A DNA stretch of 61,750 nt, filler included. It is 5 parts of 5 records of this genome, joined end to end, with 100 filler letters (N's around TTAATTAATTAA, not from the genome) between each part and the next. Parts side by side here need not be neighbours in the genome. Positions count along the whole stretch, not along the records: positions 44,343 to 61,750 come from SRR31156797_19682; 4 more parts are not named here. One strand, 5' to 3'. Positions 48,270-56,788 of the stretch are shown here, piece after piece (positions within the stretch are counted from its first letter, which is position 1; every line of letters starts with the position of its first letter). The notes beneath the pieces are model-generated. The model worked only from the letters and a program-made list of their open reading frames with translations. It was not told where the DNA came from and searched no databases. Both the position numbers and the translations under genes were made by a program.

Positions 48270-48496
48270 ACAATAAAAATTATATTTATAAACTATAACT
48301 TACATAAAAATACAAAGTAGCCAATTTTCAGTATAAAACTGTATTCTGCTGGAGAAAAAATGTTCTCCCAATAATCTCCCCTAACGAATTTTTAAACTTA
48401 TAAATAATTGAATTACTGCGAAGTAGTTGAATGAAGTTCTAACCTTTTCCTGAGGACAATTACTAAGAGTTAACCAGTTGATGGTTAGCTCTTTTT

Positions 48497-48934
48497 TTAT
48501 TTTATAACAAACAAGATTTTATTTTTTCTTATAAGCAATCTGGCTAATTGATATACACCATAGGCAATAATACCACCTATTAGCGTTCCATAAACATCCC
48601 TCCAATCAAATGTCCCTTTTGGTAAAATCAATTGCATAAATTCATACAAAATATATCCACCTACAACAAAAAGAAAAGTATGATGTACTATTTTCCGGGG
48701 TGGATTTAACACCGCTAACATTAAAAATATTTGCACCATTATACCACCTAAATTTCCCATTGAATCTGCTATTCCAAAATCATCTATTCCATTTGAATAG
48801 ATATATGGTCTGTACACAAAACGCCCGGCTTCTGTTAAAAAAAATGATAAAACAGCCAATCCAGCAAATAGTATTCTAAAGGTATCAATGGTTCTCATTG
48901 ATTCTTTTGTGGTAAAAAACTCGTGCATCTTCAT
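48497..48934 (-). CDS. hypothetical membrane protein
   Basis: 4 TM-like segments; YEFMQ..GTFDWRDV.GT..G motif (VanZ-like flavour). Confidence 0.7.
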   Translation of the reverse strand: MKMHEFFTTKESMRTIDTFRILFAGLAVLSFFLTEAGRFVYRPYIYSNGIDDFGIADSMGNLGGIMVQIFLMLAVLNPPRKIVHHTFLFVVGGYILYEFMQLILPKGTFDWRDVYGTLIGGIIAYGVYQLARLLIRKNKILFVIK

Positions 48935-49043
48935 AAGTCAAATAAAAGATATAAGTTACAAATTTTCATGCATATATTACAAAACCGCGTTTAAATATTC
49001 ATAACATTATTAATCAATCTGCTACTTTCATTACTTTTGTCAA

Positions 49044-50840
49044 ATGGAAAAAGAGAAACTGCAAATATTCTATACTGAACTAAAGCAATGGCACGCTGCA
49101 AAAAGAAATTTCTATAAAAAAAGATCAAATACAAATGCAATATTAAGGCTTACCATTTTTATTGTAACAGGTATTGCTCTTTACTATGCACTTAAAACAG
49201 AGGTTTGGATTGTATCAACCCTAATTGGAGTATCAACAATAATCTTCTTAATATTAGTGCAATACAGCGCCAGACTTGATAGAAAAAAGAAATGGCACAA
49301 CGAACTAACCAGTATTTATCAAGAAGAACTAGAGACCATTAATGGTCAATTCAATCAATTTGATGGTGGCGATCAATTTAAAAATCCGGGACATTCTTTT
49401 TCTTATGATCTTGATATATTTGGAGATGCCGGCTTTTTTCAAACTATCAATCGTACAACTCGTCCCGGAGGTTCAGCAATACTAGCCAATCAAATTACTA
49501 ACCCTTTACTTGATCAAAAAGAGATTGAATTTCGACAGGAAGCGTTTCAGGAATTGGCAGAAAAAGATGAATGGCGTCAGGCCTACAAAGCTCAAGGAAG
49601 GATTTATCCCCTGGCACAGAGTGATGATGAAATATTAAAAAATCTTCCTGAGCAAAAACTGTCAATCCCCGGATGGGCGCACTCTAGTATAGTTTATATA
49701 GGCATTCCAATCTTAACGCTAGCTGTAATCATATTATCATCAATTAGCATTATTCCGGTCGGATATCCAATACTGGCTGTTTTACTTCAATGGGCGCTAA
49801 CAGGTATTTTGTTTAAAACTACTCAGAAAGCTGATGCTGCAACCGGAAAAACCAATAAAATAATGACCGGCCAGCGTGAATTAATTCGGTTAATTGATAA
49901 AGAAGATTGGAAATCGAAATTACTCATAGATTTACAAAACAGGTTAAACGATAACAAAACCTCTGCACTAAAAGCAGTTGATCAATTATCATCCATTATG
50001 CAAAATTTTGAATACAGAAATAACTTTGTGATTGCAATGATTGCAAATTCTCTGTTTTTGTGGGATGTGCAGTGCGTTTCAAAATTTTATAAATGGCATA
50101 AAAAATCATCGCAACATTTCAAACAATGGATGGAAACCCTCGATACCATGGATGCATGTGTAAGCTGCGGAGGATATGTGCAAAATAATCCTGATTTTAT
50201 CATTCCAAAAGCTACAGATGAATATCAGCTTAACACAATTGAATTGGGTCATCCATTATTGGAATCAAACAAAAGAATTACAAATGATTATTTGTTAGAT
50301 AACGGCACCGCATTTCATATTGTAACCGGTGCGAATATGGCCGGAAAAAGTACCTTCTTGAGAACTGTAAGCCTCAACATGGTTATGGCCATGAATGGAT
50401 TGCCTGTTTGTGCCAAGAAATTTGAATTTGCGCCGGTTGGAATCTTTACAAGCATGCGCACGACAGATTCCTTGTCAAAAGATGAAAGCTATTTCTATGC
50501 AGAATTGCGTAGACTTCGTGAAGCGTATGATCGCATTAAAACAGGCGAAAGACTATTCATTGTATTAGATGAAATATTAAAAGGTACCAACTCAGAAGAT
50601 AAGCGGAAAGGTTCTATGGATTTTCTCAAACAGCTGGTAAAATATGATGTGGCAGGAATCATAGCTACGCACGATACTCAGTTAAGCGATTTGGAAAAAA
50701 TGCATCCCGAAATATTCAAAAACTATTGCTTTGAAATTGAAATTGATGGTGATAACATAAGTTTTGATTACAAGCTTTTGCCTGGTGTAACCCAAACGAT
50801 GAATGCTCAATTGCTGATGAAACAAATGGGACTTATTTAA
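49044..50840 (+). CDS. membrane-anchored MutS-related ATPase (domain V)
   Basis: N-terminal TMs, DLDIFG, TGANMAGKSTFLR, SYFYAEL, DEILKGTNS, IATHD. Confidence 0.9.
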   Translation: MEKEKLQIFYTELKQWHAAKRNFYKKRSNTNAILRLTIFIVTGIALYYALKTEVWIVSTLIGVSTIIFLILVQYSARLDRKKKWHNELTSIYQEELETINGQFNQFDGGDQFKNPGHSFSYDLDIFGDAGFFQTINRTTRPGGSAILANQITNPLLDQKEIEFRQEAFQELAEKDEWRQAYKAQGRIYPLAQSDDEILKNLPEQKLSIPGWAHSSIVYIGIPILTLAVIILSSISIIPVGYPILAVLLQWALTGILFKTTQKADAATGKTNKIMTGQRELIRLIDKEDWKSKLLIDLQNRLNDNKTSALKAVDQLSSIMQNFEYRNNFVIAMIANSLFLWDVQCVSKFYKWHKKSSQHFKQWMETLDTMDACVSCGGYVQNNPDFIIPKATDEYQLNTIELGHPLLESNKRITNDYLLDNGTAFHIVTGANMAGKSTFLRTVSLNMVMAMNGLPVCAKKFEFAPVGIFTSMRTTDSLSKDESYFYAELRRLREAYDRIKTGERLFIVLDEILKGTNSEDKRKGSMDFLKQLVKYDVAGIIATHDTQLSDLEKMHPEIFKNYCFEIEIDGDNISFDYKLLPGVTQTMNAQLLMKQMGLI

Positions 50841-50924
50841 TGATTAATTATTAATGGTTAATTATTAATTATCTATCCATTGGGAAATCAAGGAAATAGA
50901 GATCGCACCCTTAATGGTTTTAAA

Positions 50925-51812
50925 TTAACAGTCGTGGTATTCACAATCCTTTTGCTCTAATTTATTTTCTACTTCAATTGTAACATGGTTTATTTGCCAC
51001 TTGTTGAAAACATCTCTTATTGCATTCTTAATTTCTGCTTGCTTTTGATCCATAAACTTTTCTTCCACAACCGCATGCATGCTTGCAACATGATATTCGC
51101 CATCCAATGACCATACATGAAGGTCATGTACATTTTCCAAACCTTCAATTTCTGACAATTGCTTCTTAACCTTTTTATAATCAAAATCTTTAGGTGAAGC
51201 TTGTAGAATAACTTTCATAACCTTTATCAGCCCTCTTATAGCATTGTAAAGCACCCAAAATGAAATTGCCAGGCTTAACCACGCATCAATACTATGCCAA
51301 TTAGTAAAATAGATTGTAATGGCAGCAATTAAAACTGCTATCCATCCCAGCACATCTTCCAGTAAATGAAGCGTAACCATTCTGGAATTGAGAGAAGAGT
51401 TACCCTTTAAACGCAATACTGCCAATCCATTCATTACAACACCAGCAACTGCTAGCCAAATCATGCCTTCAGCCATTACTTCTGAGGGTTCAAAAAGCCT
51501 TTCTACAATCTCAGTAAGTACGAAAATAGTCCCGGCAATTAGTACTACAGCATTTATTAAAGCTCCAATTAAGGAAAAACGTTTATAGCCGTAGGTAAAT
51601 GTCAGGTTTTTAGGTTTCTGACTATACTTTTCAAAAAACCAAGCCGCTCCGAGAGACAAACTATCACCCAAATCGTGCACGGCATCAGCTAAAATAGCTA
51701 CGCTGTTAGTCAAGACACCTCCAATAATCTCAACTATTGCAAAAAGCAAGTTAAGAATAAAGGCAAAGCGAATATTGCCAGTATGATTATGGCTATAGTT
51801 TTTATCGTTCAT
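50925..51812 (-). CDS. cation diffusion facilitator (CzcD/ZitB-like)
   Basis: SVAILADAVHDLGD, TYGYKR, LHLLEDVLG, VHDLHVWSL, HVTIE. Confidence 0.92.
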   Translation of the reverse strand: MNDKNYSHNHTGNIRFAFILNLLFAIVEIIGGVLTNSVAILADAVHDLGDSLSLGAAWFFEKYSQKPKNLTFTYGYKRFSLIGALINAVVLIAGTIFVLTEIVERLFEPSEVMAEGMIWLAVAGVVMNGLAVLRLKGNSSLNSRMVTLHLLEDVLGWIAVLIAAITIYFTNWHSIDAWLSLAISFWVLYNAIRGLIKVMKVILQASPKDFDYKKVKKQLSEIEGLENVHDLHVWSLDGEYHVASMHAVVEEKFMDQKQAEIKNAIRDVFNKWQINHVTIEVENKLEQKDCEYHDC

Positions 51813-51862
51813 TAATAGATTTTACATCCTAAACTTAGGATTTTAGATTTGACACTAATCCG

Positions 51863-51884
51863 GACTCTGAGCGGAGTCGAAGGG
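51863..51884. repeat. REP-like short palindrome
   Basis: GACTC-tgagcg-GAGTC-GAAGGG between two genes. Confidence 0.45.
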
Positions 51885-51897
51885 TTTAATTTGGCAA

Positions 51898-52617
51898 TTA
51901 TAACTCCCTGAAATCCATAACTACATTGGGATACTTTTCCGGATTCTGAATTACATCCAATAAGTTGTTCGCAACCTCCTCAGGAGAATTCAATTCATTA
52001 TTCTCTTTTAGTGACACAAATTTGCTTTTATTACTGAAATTCTCATCTGGTACCGCTCTGATTTCTGTTTGCATTTCAGTGTCGATAATACCAGGGGCAA
52101 TACTAAATATCTTAGTTTTTGAATTACCAGCTTCTTGCAATTCTCCGTCAAGCACTTTAGCAAACATTTCCAAACCTGCTTTTGATGAACAATAAGTGCT
52201 CCATGAGTTAACGGTATGGCTTGCAGCACCAGAACTGATATTTATAATAATCTTTTCAGAATTATTACCAGCATAAGATTTCATGAAACTATTTGTCAAT
52301 ACAGTAGGTGCTATAAGATTTACATTAAAGGTCTCCACCATTTTCTGACTACCCATTTTACCTATATGATTCACCTCACCCAATACGCCGCTATTATTGA
52401 TGAGTACAATTTTTTCCGCATCATCATATTGCTCAAACTGATAAGCCTGAACAGCTTCTATCATATTCATATCCATTACGATATGACGATATCTTTCGTG
52501 GTTAATGGAACGACTTCGAGACATTCCTATTACTACATTTTGTTCATCTTTTAAAAGGAGTTCAGCAATGGCTTTACCAATACCACGACTCGTTCCTGAA
52601 ATATAATAGTAATTCAT
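51898..52617 (-). CDS. SDR oxidoreductase (benzil/sepiapterin reductase-like)
   Basis: SGTSRGIG, NNSG, NISSGAA, YCSSKA, PGIIDTEMQ. Confidence 0.9.
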   Translation of the reverse strand: MNYYYISGTSRGIGKAIAELLLKDEQNVVIGMSRSRSINHERYRHIVMDMNMIEAVQAYQFEQYDDAEKIVLINNSGVLGEVNHIGKMGSQKMVETFNVNLIAPTVLTNSFMKSYAGNNSEKIIINISSGAASHTVNSWSTYCSSKAGLEMFAKVLDGELQEAGNSKTKIFSIAPGIIDTEMQTEIRAVPDENFSNKSKFVSLKENNELNSPEEVANNLLDVIQNPEKYPNVVMDFREL

Positions 52618-52633
52618 ATTATGTAATTTACTT

Positions 52634-53290
52634 TTAATATATTAATTGATCTTCATTTACACCCAGTGATTTCAATATATTAACTATTTCATTTGTCATT
52701 TCCATGGTGCTGCATATATAAAACTTTTTGGAAAAATCTTTCACATGTTCCTTAAGGAAAACTTCATCAATTCGACCATGCAAGTATTTTTCTTTTTTCT
52801 CTCTGGTAAGGGTGTTTACAAACTCAAGACCTATCATTTCTTCAAGCTCAATCTCCTGAATGATGTCTTTTTCATATTTATTACTGTAAAACAACGTATT
52901 ACCTTTTAATTCTCCCTGATCTTCCAAATTTCTTAAAATAGCCAGAAAAGGAGTTAATCCAGCACCTCCGGCAATAAAATAACCGGGTCCTTCATATTTA
53001 ATACGCCCCCAGGCATCTCCGATTAACAGTTCATCGTTAGTATTTACCTCATCAAAAGCTTTGGTAACTCCCTCTCTATCATACATCTTCACAATCAACT
53101 CCAAAGTAGATTCTTTTGGTATAGAAGTAAAAGTAAATGGCCTTTTTTGATCCTCTAATCCAGGCTTATTGATGGCAACTTCTGTGGCCTGACCGGGCTC
53201 AAAAGTATATCCTTCAGGTTTTTCTACAATAATACGTTTTACATCATGTGTGAGTAAATCTGCTGCTATAACTCGTACTTTATGTGTCAT
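52634..53290 (-). CDS. FAD/NAD(P)-binding oxidoreductase (FNR-like)
   Basis: FEPGQ, RPFTFTS, IAGGAGLTPF, FYIC. Confidence 0.88.
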   Translation of the reverse strand: MTHKVRVIAADLLTHDVKRIIVEKPEGYTFEPGQATEVAINKPGLEDQKRPFTFTSIPKESTLELIVKMYDREGVTKAFDEVNTNDELLIGDAWGRIKYEGPGYFIAGGAGLTPFLAILRNLEDQGELKGNTLFYSNKYEKDIIQEIELEEMIGLEFVNTLTREKKEKYLHGRIDEVFLKEHVKDFSKKFYICSTMEMTNEIVNILKSLGVNEDQLIY

Positions 53291-53428
53291 TTTAGTAGGT
53301 TTTATTTGTTTCTACTAATTTAACAAAAGTAGGTGGAGTGTGTTTAACGAAATAGGCTTAATCACGGGAAGGTGTTATTAAACATTGAAGACTTCCTAAT
53401 TCTCCTTTGAAAATTATAACCATTATTT

Positions 53429-53515
53429 CTCGCCACGGCTGCAACGATATTCGCAGTGAACGCAACGAATTAATACGTTGCGATCGCTGCGTTTTCTTTG
53501 CGTTCTTTGCGTGAA
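53429..53515. repeat. imperfect palindromic intergenic element
   Basis: CGCAGTGAACGCAACG-aattaata-CGTTGCGATCGCTGCG plus CTTTGCG repeats. Confidence 0.6.
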
Positions 53516-53522
53516 AAAAAAA

Positions 53523-54953
53523 TTAAAAATACATATCCCGCTCCCCTTGCTTAATACGTTCAATGCGATTGCGAAGCTCTTCCACATTCTTGAAACCATC
53601 TAGCTCCGAAGTGATCGTTTTTTCTATTATTTCCCAACCCTTTTGAGAAGTAGAATCTGTAGCATAGTCCTCCAAATATTCTGCTAGGGTTAATATGGCG
53701 TTAGGCGTACAATATCTTTTGATAAATCCTGGTACAGAGAACTCCATAAAGTGTTCACCAGTTCTTCCAAGACGATAGCATGCAGTACAAAATGATGGTA
53801 ATTTACCTGTATCTAATAATTCATCAATGATTTCAGCCAATGAGCGGTTATCATTAATCATAAACTGCTCACGATTAAGATTTTGCTCTTCGTTTTTACT
53901 TGCATGATATGACCCTAATTCCAATTTTGTACCACCATCAATTTGAGACACTCCGAACTCAATCACTTCCTGACGCACACTCACACTCTCACGGGCGGTT
54001 AAGATCATTCCGGTATAAGGCACAGCCAATCTTAAAATAGCAACCAAGCGCTTAAACTCCTCATCGTTTACCATGTATTTATCTGTCATTCCTATTGAAG
54101 AGCTATCGGTAATACGTGGAAATGAAAGTGTATGCGGACCAACGTTAAAACAGGCTTCAAGGTGATTGGTATGACGAACCAATGCCATTACTTCGAATTT
54201 CCAATCATATAGTCCAAATAATGCACCTAAGCCAACATCATCAATTCCGGCTTGCATGGCACGGTCAAGGGAAGTCAATCGGTAATTATAATCAGCTTTT
54301 TTACCTCCTAAATGATAACCTTTATAAACTTCGGGATGATAGGTTTCCTGAAAAATTTGATAGGTCCCAATTCCAGCTTCATGCACTTTTTTAAAGCCTT
54401 CATCATCAAGCGGAGCTGCATTTATATTTACACGACGAATTTCACCATTTCCTTTTTTCACACCATAAACCAATTTGACCGTATGTGCAATATAATCAGC
54501 ATCGTATTTCGGGTGCTCTCCATAAACTAAAATCAATCGTTTCTGACCATTATCTTCCAGAGCCTCTACTTCCTGCACAATTTCTTTATCTGCTAAGGTC
54601 ATTCGCTGAGCATCTTTATTTGTAACGCGAAACCCACAATATTTGCAATTATTTGTGCAATAATTTCCAATATACAAAGGGGCAAAAAGCACAATTCGGT
54701 TTCCGTAAACTTTACGTTTTAATTCTCTTGCTCCCTCTTTAATCTGCTCAACCAATTCTGGATCATCAGCTTGCAATAGGGTAGCCACTTCTTGCAAGTT
54801 TAATCTGTTTTTATTCAGCGATTTCTGTATAATTTCTTCAACAACTTTTTTATCAGGTTTTGCGTTTTCTAAAAACTCTTCAATTTCTTGCGCGTCAATG
54901 AATGGTTCATTTGGGCGATCTTCAATGCGATATTTTTCTGGTGTAAATTCCAT
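53523..54953 (-). CDS. hydG: [FeFe]-hydrogenase H-cluster radical SAM maturase HydG
   Basis: GNRIVLFAPLY, CTNNCKYC, FQETYH, GPHTLSFPR, auxiliary-cluster motif SFCTACYR...C.PNA. Confidence 0.95.
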   Translation of the reverse strand: MEFTPEKYRIEDRPNEPFIDAQEIEEFLENAKPDKKVVEEIIQKSLNKNRLNLQEVATLLQADDPELVEQIKEGARELKRKVYGNRIVLFAPLYIGNYCTNNCKYCGFRVTNKDAQRMTLADKEIVQEVEALEDNGQKRLILVYGEHPKYDADYIAHTVKLVYGVKKGNGEIRRVNINAAPLDDEGFKKVHEAGIGTYQIFQETYHPEVYKGYHLGGKKADYNYRLTSLDRAMQAGIDDVGLGALFGLYDWKFEVMALVRHTNHLEACFNVGPHTLSFPRITDSSSIGMTDKYMVNDEEFKRLVAILRLAVPYTGMILTARESVSVRQEVIEFGVSQIDGGTKLELGSYHASKNEEQNLNREQFMINDNRSLAEIIDELLDTGKLPSFCTACYRLGRTGEHFMEFSVPGFIKRYCTPNAILTLAEYLEDYATDSTSQKGWEIIEKTITSELDGFKNVEELRNRIERIKQGERDMYF

Positions 54954-54995
54954 AGTGTTTTTCTTTAGCCCGAATAGCTATCATTCGGATTCGTT

Positions 54996-55241
54996 TCATA
55001 ATTTTTGCCAGTGGTTTAAAGCTTCTTTTTCAATTTTTAAAACTCGCTCCTCATCCACATTAGCAGGGATAATAATACCTGTACTTGGTGTAAGATTAAT
55101 ACGTTTAGCATTTTCAATATCAGTTACATTACTCCATTGAAAAGCCCATCGCTTGCCAAAAATCCGACAAACAATAACATCAATATTAAATTGGGTGTTT
55201 ATCCATTCACCAAGTTCAGCATAATGGTCGTTTCCTTCCAT
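54996..55241 (-). CDS. hypothetical 81-aa protein in the hydG operon
   Basis: ATG immediately follows the upstream TAG; AGGAG RBS lies inside the upstream gene end. Confidence 0.7.
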   Translation of the reverse strand: MEGNDHYAELGEWINTQFNIDVIVCRIFGKRWAFQWSNVTDIENAKRINLTPSTGIIIPANVDEERVLKIEKEALNHWQKL

Positions 55242-55490
55242 CTAGTCTCCTTTTATGAGTGCAGACTTAATCTGTACTCCGGTTATACGTCCAAGCTGAC
55301 CCGTCAATGAACCTATTTCGTCGGTAGAACCATCCAAAACCAGCGTAATGACATTCATATCCTTATTTTTCAAAGGAATACCTTGTCGACCGATAACAAT
55401 ATCGGCATGTTCAGAAACTATTTTGTTGAGTTTGTTTACTGCAGATCGCTCTTTGATGAGCATTACTGCTGCTCCGATTCTCCTTTCCAT
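55242..55490 (-). CDS. TM1266-family iron-only hydrogenase system putative regulator
   Basis: IVIGRQGIP..VITLVLDG.TDEIGSLTGQLG.ITGVQIKSA; upstream of hydG. Confidence 0.88.
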   Translation of the reverse strand: MERRIGAAVMLIKERSAVNKLNKIVSEHADIVIGRQGIPLKNKDMNVITLVLDGSTDEIGSLTGQLGRITGVQIKSALIKGD

Positions 55491-55516
55491 CAGTTATGCC
55501 TCCGGATCAGTTTTAT

Positions 55517-55642
55517 AAGTCTTTGCAAGAAGGCTCCGATAACTTCGTTTCACTCACATTTTTCATCAGTCAAATACACTTGTATATTCCTAATAAAAAA
55601 TGTTCGCAAGCCTCATTCTCGAAGCCTTCTTATCAAAGACTT
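55517..55642. repeat. ~125-bp element with long imperfect terminal inverted repeats (MITE/REP-like)
   Basis: Left arm AAGTCTTTGCAAGAAGGCTCCGA; reverse complement of right arm AAGTCTTTGATAAGAAGGCTTCGA. Confidence 0.65.
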
Positions 55643-56023
55643 CGGAAATCACTAGTCTTTTTGCAGACTTTGGTTTATAATTAGAATCCTTGTAATGCAC
55701 GCATGTATTACTCAGATACTTCAAAATTACTACAAATATCCTGCGGAAAAAAGTATTTATGCTCAAAAACATTCTAATACAGAATAATTAAAAATAATAT
55801 AGTTAAAACTAAATGCTTTTCTCAATTTCATTATGCTCAACATTAATATGTTGTCTAACACAACAAAACAACACTAAAGATAAATGACTCATAATCAAAA
55901 TCTTAATAAATATTCATTTTGTCTATTAGAGACACTGCATTAAAACCTGATGTAGAGCATATCAGTTTGGCATGCCTTGGTGCAAGGTTTGAAATATTTT
56001 TGATGAATAAAACTCAATATATC

Positions 56024-56365
56024 ATGACCATATCTAAAATTAATGAATTAATAAAAGGAAAAACCATCACGTTTGGCAAAAACGAAGAAGATTATCGTGT
56101 TTGTTTTGCATCTGATCTAATGAGTGATGTGCTGAGAATTGACACTGATAATCTCATGTTGCTTACTGGTCTGGCTAATATGCAAGCCATTCGCACCGCT
56201 GAAATGGCTGATATAAGCTGCATTATTTTAGCAAGAGGAAAAAAAGCAACCAATGAAATGATTGAATTAGCTGAAGAGAATGAAATTACGATTATTGAAA
56301 GTCCGTATTCAATGTTTCATATTGCCGGTATTCTGTACAATAATGAAATAAAACCGCTTTTCTAA
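56024..56365 (+). CDS. DRTGG-domain protein
   Basis: FASDLMSDVL, LLTGLAN.QAIRTAEMAD, ILARGK. Start 56024 or 56003. Confidence 0.85.
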   Translation: MTISKINELIKGKTITFGKNEEDYRVCFASDLMSDVLRIDTDNLMLLTGLANMQAIRTAEMADISCIILARGKKATNEMIELAEENEITIIESPYSMFHIAGILYNNEIKPLF

Positions 56366-56367
56366 TT

Positions 56368-56781
56368 ATGAAGCTCGAATACAACATATCGGGTGGAGAT
56401 TTTTCCAAAGCAGGTATGGCTTCAAGCGAAGTCAAAAAGATGCTTAAGAAAATCAATGTTGATCCCAAAATCATAAAGCGAATTGTAGTGGCATTGTACG
56501 AAGGTGAAGTAAATGTATGTGCACATGCATATAAAGGTCAAATAATGGTCGATATTACCGGAGAACAAATTCGTATTTTAATCAAAGATGAAGGTCCTGG
56601 AATTGAAAATATTGAAGAAGCCATGAAAGAGGGATATTCAACTGCCAGTGAGGCTGTTAGAGAGATGGGGTTTGGAGCTGGAATGGGCTTACCAAACATG
56701 AAGAGAAATGCAGATCATATGCATATCGAAAGTACTGTAAATGTAGGTACTACTGTAGAAATAATAAATAAATTGAAATAG
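56368..56781 (+). CDS. RsbT/RsbW-like anti-sigma Ser/Thr kinase (GHKL)
   Basis: YEGEVNVCAHA, DEGPGI, GYST, GFGAGMGLPNMKR. Confidence 0.88.
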   Translation: MKLEYNISGGDFSKAGMASSEVKKMLKKINVDPKIIKRIVVALYEGEVNVCAHAYKGQIMVDITGEQIRILIKDEGPGIENIEEAMKEGYSTASEAVREMGFGAGMGLPNMKRNADHMHIESTVNVGTTVEIINKLK

Positions 56782-56788
56782 CATCCAT

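Noticed and set aside
50841-50872. TTAATTATTAAT repeat after the MutS-like gene
   Set aside because: Low-complexity AT-rich sequence between convergent genes; insufficient support for a functional element.
55966-55996. Possible sigma-54 promoter (TTGGCATG...TGCA) before the DRTGG gene
   Set aside because: GG-to-GC spacing is 11 rather than 10 nt; the alternative register is a weak match.
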